64,000 bases of DNA. Origin: an uncultured Actinomycetota bacterium. GTDB taxonomy: Bacteria > Actinomycetota > Acidimicrobiia > Acidimicrobiales > Microtrichaceae. A model generated the notes under the pieces. That model did no database searches, had not been told where the DNA came from, and saw only the letters and a list, made by a program, of their open reading frames with translations. A program made the position numbers and the translations under genes. The stretch lies in NCBI GenBank assembly GCA_963773765.1, contig CAVZCC010000001.1, positions 18,901-82,900 of the forward strand, in the 5' to 3' direction. Of this stretch, positions 12,589 through 23,308 are shown in pieces (within the stretch, counting starts at the first letter, position 1; each line of letters starts with the position of its first letter).

Positions 12589-14124
12589 TCAGCTCATGGC
12601 GGCGATGGGCTGCTTGGGCGGGAAGCGGCCGAAGGTGGAGAAGTGGTCCCGGATCCCGCTCGTGAAGCTGTCGATGTAGGCGAGCTTGCGGATCATGTAG
12701 CTGTGCTGCTCCTTGGGGTCGAGGTACAGGTTGTACAGCCGCCCGTGGGAGTACTTCTGCGTCACCCCGGTGAACCCGCCCAGGTTCAGGCAGTCGCGGT
12801 CGTCGTCGGAGGTCGAGGCGACCATGAACTTCCACTCGCCCACCCGCAACGCGGAGAACACGTTCGTGAGCCAGTAGTAGAGGTACTTGCGGTTCGACTC
12901 GCCGTCGGGGTCCAGCAGGAACGACGTCTGGTCGACGCCGTCGATGTAGCGGTCCTCGGGGATGGACCCCGCCGCGCCGGCCAGCGTTGAGGATCGTGTT
13001 GAACAGGTCCATCTGGGAGAACAGCCCGTCCGAGGCCCGGTCCGCGGTGATCATCCCGGGCCAGGTGAGGATGCCGGGCACGCGTTGGCCCCCTTCCCAG
13101 GTGGACCCCTTGGCGCTGCGGAACGGGGAGTAGGCGGCGTCGGGCCAGGTCTCCATCTCCGGTCCGTTGTCCGACGACAGGAAGACCAGGGTGTCGTCCA
13201 TCTGGCCGGTCGCCTCCAGCTCGGCCACCAGGCGCCCGACGATGTCGTCGAGCTCGATGATGGTGTCCTTGTAGGGATGCTTGGCGGGCGACGTCCCGAG
13301 GTAGCGCTCGTGCGGGTAGTTGTCGAAGTGCGCACCGCGGGTGCAGTGGTAGAGCAGCCAGGGCCGGCGGTCGGCCGGCGCCGGCGCGGCCATCCGGCGG
13401 ATGAAGTCCAGGGAGTACTCCGCCCAGCGGTCGTCCAGGAGTGACAGCACCGGGATGGTGACCTCCTCGACCTGTTCGGTCTCCCCGCCCCGGGTGGCGT
13501 GCACGAAGCACTTGTTGAACGGGAGGTTCTCCACCCACCGGGTCCGTTCCTCGCTGTAGACGATCTCCGGGAAGAAGTACGGGTCCCGCCACTCGGTGTA
13601 CATGTCCGACACCGACAGGAACCCGTAGAAGTCGTCGAAGCCGACGTGCTGGGGCTGGGACTCGACGTTCTCGCCCGATGTGCCACTTGCCCACGGCCTG
13701 GGTGATGTAGCCGGCGGCGGAGAGCAGCTGGGCCAGGGTGACCTCACCGTCCAGGCCGCCCGGCTGGCCGTACATGGGGGGACGGAGCAGCCCGTGGCGC
13801 ATGGGGAGGCGACCGGTCATCAGCGACGCCCGTGACGGCGTGCAGGAGGGCTCCGAGTAGCACGACGTGAGCAGGAGGCCGCGCCGGGCCAGCCGGTCGA
13901 TGTTGGGCGTCGGGGCGCCGACCGCGACGCCGCCGCCGTAGCAGCCGAAGTCCCCCCACCCCACGTCGTCGAAGAGGATGATCAGCACGTTGGGCCGCTT
14001 CCCGCCGGCGCCGTAGGCGTCCAGGGCAGCAGCGGCCCGCTCCTCCTGGCCGGCCAGGACGAAGTGCGGTTCCAGGCTCCGCCGGGCCTGGACCGTCTCC
14101 GCCACCACTGGATCATGTGCCATG
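12589..14124 (-). pseudogene. arylsulfatase (formylglycine-type, CxPxR); 2 frame changes (near 13680 and near 12870)
   Basis: MAHDPVV...[19 protein letters not shown]...[19 protein letters not shown]...AVGKWHIG (ORF 12786-14975 frame), then [19 protein letters not shown]...[10 protein letters not shown]...[13 protein letters not shown] (ORF 12188-13747 frame), then C-terminus ...VGEWKFMV... (ORF 12589-12861). Confidence 0.65.
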
Positions 14125-14218
14125 ACTGGACCCCCTTGCGGGGCGACTCTAGGACGCCGGAACCGGTGGCGAGGCCCGTCCCCGGCACGCACACCGGGCC
14201 CTTGGCCCATCCGCTCGG

Positions 14219-15043
14219 TCAGTCGATGGTGACGTCGCCCGGGAGCTCCCGGGCGGCCAGGCCCCGGAACCGGTTGGCCACCTGATCGTCGTAGCTGGGC
14301 CGGGTCGGGATCACGAACGTGCCGTCTCGGATCGCGTCCAGCACGGGGTCGACCACCTCGTCGGGGTGCAGGCCCGTGGCGACCATGCCGGCCAGGATCT
14401 CGCTCACCACGGGCCCGGTCCCGGTCCGGTCCACCCCGAAGCGCCGGGGGCGGACCGCAGCGGTGCGGGCGATGCCGGTGTCGACGGCGCTCGGGACCAG
14501 CACCGATGCCCCGATGCGGGACCCGACCGAGCGCAGGTCGTGGGCCAGGCACTCGGTCAGGGTGAACGCGGCGGCCTTGGACACGATGTAGGGGGCCGAC
14601 AACGGTGCGGCCACGATGGCGGCCACCGATGCGGTGTTGACCACGTGGCCGTCGGTGCCCTGGTCGATCATCCGGGGCACGAAGGCCGCGATGCCGTGCA
14701 CGATGCCCATGACGTTCACGCCCAGGGCCCAGTCCCAGTCCGCCGGGGCCGGCTCCCACGTGCGGCCGCCCTGGAACACCCCGGCGTTGTTGCACAGCAG
14801 GTCGACCGTGCCGAACGCGGAGAAGGCCTCCTCGGCCAGCGCGGCGACCGAGGCCGCATCCGACACGTCGACCTGGACCGCCAGCCCGCCGGCCGAACCG
14901 GCCGTGGCCCGCGCCCCGTCGCCGTCGATGTCCGCCGCCACCACCCGCATGCCCTCGGCCGCGAACCGGCGGCACATGGCCGCGCCGATCCCGCTCCCGG
15001 CACCGGTCACCACCGCCACCCTGCCCGCCAGTTCCTGCAGCAT
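14219..15043 (-). CDS. short-chain dehydrogenase/reductase (SDR), intact
   Basis: [23 protein letters not shown]...NNAG...YIVSKAA; only the C-terminal 274 aa of ORF 14219-15943 is real. Confidence 0.8.
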   Translation of the reverse strand: MLQELAGRVAVVTGAGSGIGAAMCRRFAAEGMRVVAADIDGDGARATAGSAGGLAVQVDVSDAASVAALAEEAFSAFGTVDLLCNNAGVFQGGRTWEPAPADWDWALGVNVMGIVHGIAAFVPRMIDQGTDGHVVNTASVAAIVAAPLSAPYIVSKAAAFTLTECLAHDLRSVGSRIGASVLVPSAVDTGIARTAAVRPRRFGVDRTGTGPVVSEILAGMVATGLHPDEVVDPVLDAIRDGTFVIPTRPSYDDQVANRFRGLAARELPGDVTID

Positions 15044-15078
15044 CCCTGCCTCCTCCTGCGTCCCTCGGTCGATCCGTG

Positions 15079-16552
15079 TCAGGCCGTCGCCGGCGGGGCG
15101 GGCCGGCGACGTCGCATCCGGTAGCGCCACGCCGGGAAGACCCTGGTCCGCAGCCAGTAGCGGGCGCCGCTGTCGGGCAGCTGGGTGACCACCTTGCCCG
15201 ACGGGGCCCGGAAGTAGTTGTTGCACCCGGCCACCCAGACCGTGTCGGCCAGGTCCGCCTGGAGACGCCGGTTGTAGCGGTCCATCACCCCCCGGCGCAC
15301 GTCGACCGCGCCGATCCCGAGTCGGTGCATGGCCCGCAGGGCGCCCATCACGAAGTGGGCCTGGGCCTCGTGGAAGAAGATGATCGAGTTCACGCCGTTG
15401 GTGTTGGGGCCGTAGAGGAGGAACAGGTTCGGGTACCCCGCCACACTCAGCCCCAGGTAGGCCTCGGCGCCGTCGGCCCAGTCGTCGTGCAGGCGGCGGC
15501 CGCCCTCGCCGATGACCTCGATGGTGCTGAGGTACTCGTCGGCCCGGAACCCGGTGCCGTAGATGATCGTGTCCACCTCGTGGAGCTCGCCGTCGGCGGT
15601 GCGCACCCCGGTCCCGGTGATCTCCGTGATCGGTGCGGTGACCAGGCGCACGTCGGGCCGGGTCAGGGTGGGCAGCCAGGTGCGGGAGGTGAGCGGCCGC
15701 TTGCACCCCACCGGGTGCTCCGGCGTGAGCGCGGCACGCAGGTCCGGGTCCGCCACCTTCCGCTCCAGGTAGGAGCGGGCCAGCCCGGTCAACATCCGGG
15801 TCTGGTCGGAGTCGAGCCCGAAGTCGGCCCGCTGGAACGTGAGCCAGATCTGGAAACGGTGCCAACGCGCCGCCAGGGGCACCCGGTCGAACCGGCGTTG
15901 CTGCTCCCGGGTGTAGGGCTGCTCGAAGCGCGGGGTGACCCACACCGGGCTGCGCTGGAACACCGTCAGGTGCTCCACCTCGTCCGCGATGGCGGGCACG
16001 TACTGGATGGCGCTCGCTCCGGTGCCGATGGAGGCGACCCGCTCACCCGCCAGCGCCTTGGTGTGGTCCCAGCGCGGCGGAATGGAACGCCCGGCCCCGG
16101 AAGCGGTCGGCTCCGGGGATGTCGGGGATGTTCGGCACGTTGAGCATCCCGAGGCCACTGACCACCACGTCGGCGGTGAACCGGTCGCCGGATGCCGCGG
16201 TCAGGTGCCAGAGCTGGTTCCCACCGTCCCACCGGGCCTCGGTGATGGCGGTGCCGGTGCGGACGTGTGGTCGGACGCCGTACTGGTCCGTGCATCGCTC
16301 CAGGTAGGCCAGGATCTCGGGCTGGGAGGCGTAGGTCCGGCTCCACCACGGGTTGAGCTCGAAGGAGTACGAGTAGAGGTGCGACGGGACGTCGCAGGCG
16401 GCGCCGGGGTAGGTGTTGTCCCGCCAGGTGCCCCCCACGCCGTCGGACTTCTCGTAGATCGTGAAGTCGTAGCCGGCCCGCTTGAGCCGGATGCCCATGG
16501 CGATGCCGCCGGCGCCGGCGCCCAGGACCGCCACGGTGGGCCGGTGGCTCAC
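15079..16552 (-). CDS. flavin-containing monooxygenase (FMO, class B); one frameshift near 16075
   Basis: GTG start [23 protein letters not shown]...[25 protein letters not shown]...GRAFHSA (ORF 16043-17074 frame), then [24 protein letters not shown]... (ORF 15079-16158 frame). Junction reads ttccattccgccgcgctgggac; deleting one base restores FHSARWDH. Confidence 0.65.
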
Positions 16553-17004
16553 GCGCGCCCCATGCGCTCGAGGTTGGCCGCGGCCCCGGTGTCCACCAGT
16601 TCCACCACCACGCCGTCGGGGTCCACCACGGTGCACATGTCGATGCCGTGGACCTCGATCCGTCGGGGCTCGCCCCCCAGGCCGAGCCCGGCCAGCCGCT
16701 GCAGCGCGGCGCCGACGTCGGTCATGACGGACAGGAGCAGGATGCCCGGCCCGGGCGCGGGACCGTCGGCAGGGCCGGCCGGGACCGGTCCGAGGTCGAC
16801 CAGTTCCACGATGCCGGCATCGGGCAGGTCGGCGCGGCCCAGGAACACCGCCCGCAGCGAGGTGGACGGGGCCCGGAGGAGGGTGGGCCAGTCGCCGGAG
16901 AACCGCTGGTCCAGGAGGACCTCGAAGCCCAGGCCGTCGCGCCAGAACCGGAGGCTGGCCTCCATGTCGCGGACGCAGATGGCCGAGTGGTGTACGACTG
17001 GCAC
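16549..17004 (-). CDS. VOC/glyoxalase-family protein, intact
   Basis: MPVVHHSAICVRDMEASLRFWRDGLGFEV...; its TGA overlaps the GTG of the downstream FMO (GTGA). Confidence 0.65.
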   Translation of the reverse strand: MPVVHHSAICVRDMEASLRFWRDGLGFEVLLDQRFSGDWPTLLRAPSTSLRAVFLGRADLPDAGIVELVDLGPVPAGPADGPAPGPGILLLSVMTDVGAALQRLAGLGLGGEPRRIEVHGIDMCTVVDPDGVVVELVDTGAAANLERMGRA

Positions 17005-17098
17005 GGTCCCCCTCTCCGCCGGCCCGGATCGCCGGCCGGCCGTGGGCCTCCCCCGGCCGTCCGTTGTAGCCCACCGGCAGTGCCCGGGGCGGGTTTCC

Positions 17099-18327
17099 TC
17101 AGACCTCGTCCGGCACCCCGTACGCCGTCTGGTAGCGGCTGAAGCGTGCCCGTTCCGCCACCGGGTCCAGGCCGGTGTCGGCCAGGGCGTACCGGTGGGT
17201 GCCGCGGGCGTCCTTGGGCCGGGCGGCCACGTAGTCCGTCACCGCGGCCCGCAGCTGTGGGGGAACGTCGATGCCGAGGCGATCGTGGATGCGGCCGACG
17301 GTGCCCGCCGGATCCTCCATGAGGTCGGAGTAGCGGACGTCGACGAACCGCTCGTCGGGGAGCGCGCCGGATGCCCGGGCGTCCATGGTGTCGTCCAGCA
17401 TCATGGCGTAGCCCAACGAGACCCAGGGCACCAGGGAGTCCACGTCCACGGTCCCGCAGCGCATGGACCGGAGCGTGCCCATCAGGCTGATGGTGGACGG
17501 CACGCTCTTGAGGGGGTCGCGGTGGATCTGGACCACCCGGGCGTCGGGGTAGACCGCGAACAGCGTGCGGAGCTGTCCCAGGTGGCTGGGGGCCTTGAGG
17601 ACCCAGCGCCGGGCCGGGCGCCGGCGCTGGAGCGTCTGCAGCACCTTGCGGTGGTACCGGTAGGCCTCGGTCTGGTCCGTGCCGACCAGGTGGGCGGAGT
17701 AGGAGGGGACCTCGAAGGTGCCGCCCCACTGGTCGGAGAGGAACTCGAGCATGGTGGCGAAGATGCATTCGTTGGGCTCGTCGCCGTGGTTGTGGTGCAT
17801 CGACTCGTAGGCGGGCTGGAGGTCGGCCCAGAAGGCGTGGACCTGGTGGCCCAGCCGCCGCGCCGTGTCGGGGTCCGTGAGCGCCTCGCCGGGGTGGAGC
17901 AGCTCCCAGGTGGCCGGCGTCCGCGCGGTCGGATCGAGCGACAGGAGCTCGTGCAGGATCGAGGTGCCGGAGCGGCCGGTGCCCACCACGAACACCGGCT
18001 CGGCGATCTCCTCGTCCAGGATGGACGGGTCGGCGTCCCACAGCGCGGCCAGGAGCAGGCGCTGGCGCAGCGCCCGGACGAGCTCGGTCCGGGCCACGAT
18101 GCGGCCGGCCAGCGTGAGGTCGGCCTCGGTGCGCAGCGCGCTGACCAGCACGTCGAAGTGCGGCCGCCAGGTGTCCCCGCCGAAGTCGGCCAGGCCGGTG
18201 GAGCGGCGTGCCGCGTCGAGCAGGTCCTCGGGCTCGAGCGAGACCAGGTACCCGGCACCGCCCACGGCCTCGCCGTGGGCGTTCAGGCGCTCGACCCAGT
18301 CGGGCGGGGTGGGCGGGGTCCAGGGCA
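17099..18327 (-). CDS. sulfotransferase family protein, intact
   Basis: MPWTPPTPPDW...PVFVVGTGRSGTSILHELLSLDP (PAPS 5-prime-phosphosulfate-binding type motif); rest of ORF 17099-18607 upstream of this Met looks non-coding. Confidence 0.65.
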
Positions 18328-18341
18328 TGCCGGGCCTCCGT

Positions 18342-19535
18342 TCAGCTCCAGCGCCGCTGCGCGGCGCGTGACCGGTCGGCGAGCTGGCGGCGGCGCGCCT
18401 CCGGCGTGATGGCCGGGTGGTCATGGGGGAGCCGGGCCCGCAGGTCCGGGACCGGGACCATCGTCGCCGTGGGCTGGGGCCTGGTGGCGGCCCCCACGTA
18501 GCGGTACACGGCCATGCCGATGGGTCGGCCCTCGGTGTCCAGCCAGTTGGGGACGCCCGGGTCGACATGGGAGATGACGATGCGCACCCGGCCGTCGCCG
18601 TCCACATGGGCCTGCCGGCCGTTGCAGCTCATGAGGCGCTGGTCCCAGTCCCCGGAGTCGAACCAGTGCAGGTTGTGGATCGACCAGTTCCAGTACCGGG
18701 CGTCCGGTTCGTCGTGCTCGACCAGCAGTGCCTGGCCCTCCGGTAGGTCCCAGCACCCGCCGCCGTAGGCGATGCTCGGGGCGCCGCCGGGCGGGGTGGT
18801 CGGAGGGGTGAACGTGTTGTGGGCCAGCAGGTCCCGGGTGGCGGCCACGTAGGCGGCCCAGAAGTCGATGGACCGGTCCACCCACCGCCCGGCCCGGTCC
18901 AGCGCCCCGGCGACGCCGTCGGGCGTGGGCGGCGCCGCGGGCTCGCCCGAGGTGTCGGTGCGCTCGATGCTGAACGACACCACCGGTTCCCGGTCCCAGT
19001 CGTACAGGTACTGGCGGATGAGCAGCATCCTGACCCCGGCGGCGGACCGCAGGTGGTTCCCGGGCCGGTCACCGGGGCCGATGGACAGCTCGAGGGTGCC
19101 GTCGCCGTCCACGGCCAGGTCGCTCAGGGCCACCTCTGCGTACACGTCGTTCTGGTCCAGGTGCATGTCGCCCTGGACCAGGGAGAACAGGGCCTCGTGC
19201 GCGCCGTGGACCCGACCCCGCAGCACGTAGGTGGCGTCGGGGTCGATGGCGCAGCGTTGGTACACGTTGTCCGGGTTGGGTGCGCCCCACTGCGACCACG
19301 GAAGTTCGTAGCGGTGCAGGCGCGGGTGGAGGGGGTCCGCGTGCTCCAGTTCACCCTGCAACGCCAGGCCGGCCTGCCGGGCCAGGTGGCGGATCCCCTC
19401 GGCCCGGCCCCGGTCGTCGGTGGGGAAGTGGTCCTCGGTGAGGCGGGTCGACAACCCCTCCAGGGTGGCGGTCCAGCGGGCCCAGGCCTCGCCGGCGGGA
19501 TCAGCGCCTGAACCGGGGGTGGGTGCCGATGGCAT
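18342..19535 (-). CDS. DUF1214/DUF1254-type protein, intact
   Basis: 397-aa ORF; ...RYWNWSIHNLHWFDSGDWDQRLMSCNGRQAHVDGDGRVRIVISHVDPGVPNWLDTEG... typical of that family (from memory). Confidence 0.5.
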   Translation of the reverse strand: MPSAPTPGSGADPAGEAWARWTATLEGLSTRLTEDHFPTDDRGRAEGIRHLARQAGLALQGELEHADPLHPRLHRYELPWSQWGAPNPDNVYQRCAIDPDATYVLRGRVHGAHEALFSLVQGDMHLDQNDVYAEVALSDLAVDGDGTLELSIGPGDRPGNHLRSAAGVRMLLIRQYLYDWDREPVVSFSIERTDTSGEPAAPPTPDGVAGALDRAGRWVDRSIDFWAAYVAATRDLLAHNTFTPPTTPPGGAPSIAYGGGCWDLPEGQALLVEHDEPDARYWNWSIHNLHWFDSGDWDQRLMSCNGRQAHVDGDGRVRIVISHVDPGVPNWLDTEGRPIGMAVYRYVGAATRPQPTATMVPVPDLRARLPHDHPAITPEARRRQLADRSRAAQRRWS

Positions 19536-19613
19536 GGGGGGAGTGTTGCAGCACCGCCGTGACCGCGCCGGGCATCACCGCGGACCGGATGGTGCGGGTG
19601 GGACAATCCTGCG

Positions 19614-21218
19614 GTGACGTCCGACGGCTCCACCGGTCCACCGACCGTGGCCGGCCGGGGCGGGGGCACGGCGCCGGCGCGGGCCGGGCTCATCCTGACC
19701 ACGCTGATCCTGGGGGCGGTGGTGGCCAACATCAACACGTCGATCTCCAATGTGGCGCTGCCGTCCATCGGGCGGGCCCTCCAGGCGACCGACACCCAGC
19801 TCACCGGCATCACCGACGCCTACCAGTTCGGCATCGCCGCCACGGTGCTGTACCTGGGCGCCCTGGGGGACCGGTACGGCCGTCGCCGGCTGCTGGTGCT
19901 GGGTGCCTTCCTGTGCGTGCCGCTGTCGTTGCTGTCGGCCTTCGCGACGTCGGCCTCCATGCTCATCGCCGCACAGGTGGGAGTGGGCGTCGCCGGGGCC
20001 ATGCTCTACCCGACCACCCTGGCGCTGATCTCGTCGCTGTGGAGCGGGCCCAGGATGACCCGGGCGATCGCCCTGTGGGCCGGTGTGGGACTGGGCACCT
20101 CGGTGCTGGGGCCCATCCTCGGCGGGTGGCTGCTGGACCTGGTGTGGTGGGGTTCGGTGTTCCTCATCACCGTGCCGTTCGCTGTGCTGGTGCTGGTCCT
20201 CGGCATCCTGGTGCTGCCCCGGCACGCAGGTGAGAACGCCGATCCGGTGGACCACCCCGGCGGCGCGTTGTCGGTGGTGATGATCGCCTCGTTCGTGATG
20301 GCCATCGTGCTGCTGCCCCAGGGGGTCACCCCGACGGTGGGCGCGCTGGTGGCCGTCGCCGCGGTGTCCGGCGTGCTGTTCGTCCGACGGGAGCACCGGG
20401 CCGACAACCCGCTGTTCGACCTGCACGCAGCGGCGGTCCCCACCTTCTGGGTGGCCTTCGTGGCCGGCCTGGTCGCGTTCGGTGCCCTGGTGGGCGGCAT
20501 GTTCATCGGCCAGCAGTTCACCCAGAACGTGCTGGGGGAGACGCCCCTGGTCGCGGTGCTCCTGACCCTCGGCCTGGCGGTCGGCATGCTGCCGGCGTCG
20601 GTGGTGGGCGGCCGCATGGTGGAGGCCCGGGGGACCCGGGTGACCTTCATGGCCGGCCTGGCCCTGATCGGGGCCGGGTTCACCGAGATGCTCATCTCCT
20701 GGAGGCCCGGGACGTCGTTGGTGTGGGTGGTGGTGGCCTACCTGCTCGTGGGTGTGGGGATCGGCCTGTCCGCCACGCCGGTGTCCCGGTCGCTCAGCGC
20801 ATCGCTGCCCATCAGCAAGGCGGGGATGAGCTCGGCGTCGGTGGACCTGACCAAGGACCTGGGTGGCGCCGTGTTCCAGGCGCTGCTGGGCACCCTCCTG
20901 GCCATCGCGTACAGCAAGTACTTCCGTGCCGCCTTCGCCGAGCTGCCGACGGCGGAGGCCCAGGCACTGGGCAACCGGGCCGCGCTGGAGATCGGGTCGT
21001 CCTACGAGGGGGCCGAGGCGGTGGCCAGGACACTGCCGTCGGCGGACTCGAAGCAGTTGGTCGACGCCGCCATGCGGGCCTTCACCGACGGCAAGGAGGT
21101 GGCGATCGCCTTCGCGCTGGCCTCGGTCCTGGCCGGGCTGGGCCTGGTGTGGTGGAAGTACCCGCGCCTGGATGAGGAGCGACGGATCATCGCCGGCATC
21201 CGGGGCGTGGACGGCTGA
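19614..21218 (+). CDS. MFS transporter, DHA2/EmrB-QacA-like, 14-TMS, intact
   Basis: 534-aa ORF with GTG start; ...LGALGDRYGRRRLLVLGAF... and multiple hydrophobic helices. Confidence 0.8.
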   Translation: MTSDGSTGPPTVAGRGGGTAPARAGLILTTLILGAVVANINTSISNVALPSIGRALQATDTQLTGITDAYQFGIAATVLYLGALGDRYGRRRLLVLGAFLCVPLSLLSAFATSASMLIAAQVGVGVAGAMLYPTTLALISSLWSGPRMTRAIALWAGVGLGTSVLGPILGGWLLDLVWWGSVFLITVPFAVLVLVLGILVLPRHAGENADPVDHPGGALSVVMIASFVMAIVLLPQGVTPTVGALVAVAAVSGVLFVRREHRADNPLFDLHAAAVPTFWVAFVAGLVAFGALVGGMFIGQQFTQNVLGETPLVAVLLTLGLAVGMLPASVVGGRMVEARGTRVTFMAGLALIGAGFTEMLISWRPGTSLVWVVVAYLLVGVGIGLSATPVSRSLSASLPISKAGMSSASVDLTKDLGGAVFQALLGTLLAIAYSKYFRAAFAELPTAEAQALGNRAALEIGSSYEGAEAVARTLPSADSKQLVDAAMRAFTDGKEVAIAFALASVLAGLGLVWWKYPRLDEERRIIAGIRGVDG

Positions 21219-21332
21219 GGCTCGACCGCCTCGACGACCCGATGGGGCGGGCCGGGGAAACGCGTAGTGACTACGCGGGTCAGGCAACCGCCCCGTGGCG
21301 GACACTCCCTCCAGACGTCCAGGAGGAGTGCA

Positions 21333-22727
21333 GTGGGAACCAACAGCACGGGAAGCCGTTGCAGGGGTCGTGTCCGGACCGGAGCGGGGGCGGTGGTCGC
21401 AGTGGCCGCGTTCCTGGTGTCGGCCTGCACGCCCGGGACGCAGGGGCCGCCGTTCCCCGGGACCACCCAACGGGTGAGCCTGGCCACGGCCAACACGCAG
21501 ATCGAAGGCGACTCCCTCGGCGGGGCGCTCAGTGACGACGGCCAGTGGGTGGCCTTCAGCACCCTGGAGGACCTGGACCCGGGCGACACCAACGGCCTGA
21601 CGGACGTGTACGTGCGGAGCCCGGAGGACTTCACCACCCGGCTCATGACCCCGTCGGTGTTCGGGCCGACGAACGGCGCTTCCGTCGACGTGAAGATCAG
21701 CGGCAACGGCAAGAACGTCACGTACACCACGACGGCGTCGTCCATGAGCTTCTCCGACGGCAACGGCGTGGAGGACGTGTACTTCACCAACGTGCTGGCC
21801 GGCGTCCCGTTCCCCGTGAGCGTGGTGGACGGACTGTTCCCGACCTTCGGCAACGCCCGCTCCTACGGGGCGGTGCCCAACCTGGACGGCAACGTGATCG
21901 CCTTCACGACCGACGCCGGCAACCTGGCACCCGGTGACGCCAACGGCCAGAGCGACGCCGTGGTCAAGGACATGGTCACCGGTGCCATCTCCCTGGTCAG
22001 CGTGTCCAGCGCGGGGGTGCAGGGCAACCTGCCGTCGTTCGTGGCCGACATCTCCGGGGACGGCCGGTACGTGGTGTTCACGTCGCTGGCGAACAACCTG
22101 GTGCCGGGCGACACCAACGGCGTGCGCGACCTCTTCCTGCGGGACCGCCTGGCCGGGACCACCAACCGGGTCAACCTGTCGTCCACGGGGGCCCAGGACA
22201 CGACCTCGTCCGGGCCGTTCCTCAGCGGCGCCAAGGTGTCCGACGACGGCCGCTACGTGTCGTTCCACTCCTCCGCGGCCATGGTCCCCGGTGACACGAA
22301 CGGGTTGCACGACGTGTACCGCCGGGACATGGTCGCCGGGACCACGGCCCGGGCCAGTGTCCCCAACGGCGGCGGTGAGTACGACCAGGTGGCCTACGGG
22401 GCCGACATGAGCAACGACGGCCGCTACGTGCTGTTCCTCCTGCGGGAGGCCGGGTTCGCCGACGGCGGCCTGGGCGTCGTCGCTGACATGGCCACCAACA
22501 CGGTGACCACCGTGACGCTGCGTTCCGGCACCGACGTGGTGTCGTCCACCACCGTGGCGGACCCGCCCGACATCCCCATGCCGGTGTTGGTGTACCGGTT
22601 CGCGGGCTACTCGCCCGAGCTGGCCCTGTCCGGGGACGGCCGGTTCGCCCTGTGGGGCACCGCGGCGGAGGCGCCGGGTGACACCAACGGCGGACTGGAC
22701 GTCTACCGACGGTGGTGGCGGCCCTGA
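21333..22727 (+). CDS. PD40/TolB-like beta-propeller repeat lipoprotein
   Basis: Six or more repeats of the SDDGRYV(A/S)F....PGDTNG..DVY(V/R)R type; signal peptide plus lipobox AVAAFLVSAC. Start moved from ORF-track 21267 to in-frame GTG 21333, which has AGGAGGA 1-7 nt upstream. Confidence 0.6.
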   Translation: MGTNSTGSRCRGRVRTGAGAVVAVAAFLVSACTPGTQGPPFPGTTQRVSLATANTQIEGDSLGGALSDDGQWVAFSTLEDLDPGDTNGLTDVYVRSPEDFTTRLMTPSVFGPTNGASVDVKISGNGKNVTYTTTASSMSFSDGNGVEDVYFTNVLAGVPFPVSVVDGLFPTFGNARSYGAVPNLDGNVIAFTTDAGNLAPGDANGQSDAVVKDMVTGAISLVSVSSAGVQGNLPSFVADISGDGRYVVFTSLANNLVPGDTNGVRDLFLRDRLAGTTNRVNLSSTGAQDTTSSGPFLSGAKVSDDGRYVSFHSSAAMVPGDTNGLHDVYRRDMVAGTTARASVPNGGGEYDQVAYGADMSNDGRYVLFLLREAGFADGGLGVVADMATNTVTTVTLRSGTDVVSSTTVADPPDIPMPVLVYRFAGYSPELALSGDGRFALWGTAAEAPGDTNGGLDVYRRWWRP

Positions 22728-22844
22728 CCGGATCGGCCGGACCCGGTCGTGGATGCCCGTTCTCGTGACATCCGAGGTTGCCGGGCCGTACGAGATGTCA
22801 CGAGTTCGTGGGGGCGGCGCCACGGATCACCCGTGCGGCCGAAC

Positions 22845-23273
22845 TCAGGCCGAGTAGACGATGTGGACGGTGCAGGGCGAGTTGTGGGCGATGCGGGACG
22901 GCAGGCTGCCGATCACGAACCGCTTCATCGAGTTGAGCCCCACGTTGCCGACCACGAGCATGTCCGCGCCCACCTCCGTCGCCACGTCCACCAGGGCGTC
23001 CACCGGGTCGCCCTGCACCGGGTGGGTGGACGCCTCCACGCCCGCCACCTTCGCCCGGGATGCGGCGTCGGCCAGCACGGACTCGACGTGGTCCAGCGAG
23101 CCCAACCGGCCCGCGAACTCCGACGGGACGTCTCCGGCCCGGACGGGCTTCTTGCGGTAGGCGCTCACGATGTGCAGGTGCTCGTCGAGCGCCCTGGCCA
23201 GCCGGATGGCCTCCAGCACCGCGGTGGTGGCGGACTCCGATCCGTCCGTGCCGACGACCAGCGGTCGATCCAT
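22845..23273 (-). CDS. universal stress protein (UspA family)
   Basis: MDRPLVVGTDGSESATTAVLEAIRLA...MLVVGNVGLNSMKRFVIGSLPSRIAHNSPCTVHIV. Confidence 0.7.
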   Translation of the reverse strand: MDRPLVVGTDGSESATTAVLEAIRLARALDEHLHIVSAYRKKPVRAGDVPSEFAGRLGSLDHVESVLADAASRAKVAGVEASTHPVQGDPVDALVDVATEVGADMLVVGNVGLNSMKRFVIGSLPSRIAHNSPCTVHIVYSA

Positions 23274-23308
23274 GGAAGTGGTCCCTTCGTGTGCCCGGTC
23301 GATGGTGT

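Noticed and set aside
12786-15943. Composite long ORFs 12786-14975 (729 aa) and 14219-15943 (574 aa)
   Set aside because: Only sub-segments are real (sulfatase N-terminal block; the 274-aa SDR). The remainder is read-through of non-coding or out-of-frame sequence, so they are split rather than reported whole.
15935-18409. 824-aa plus-strand ORF
   Set aside because: Antisense to the FMO, VOC and sulfotransferase genes, whose own translations contain clear family motifs.
19575-22823. 1082-aa minus-strand ORF
   Set aside because: Antisense to the well-supported MFS transporter and PD40 lipoprotein genes; R/G/P/H-rich, no motifs.
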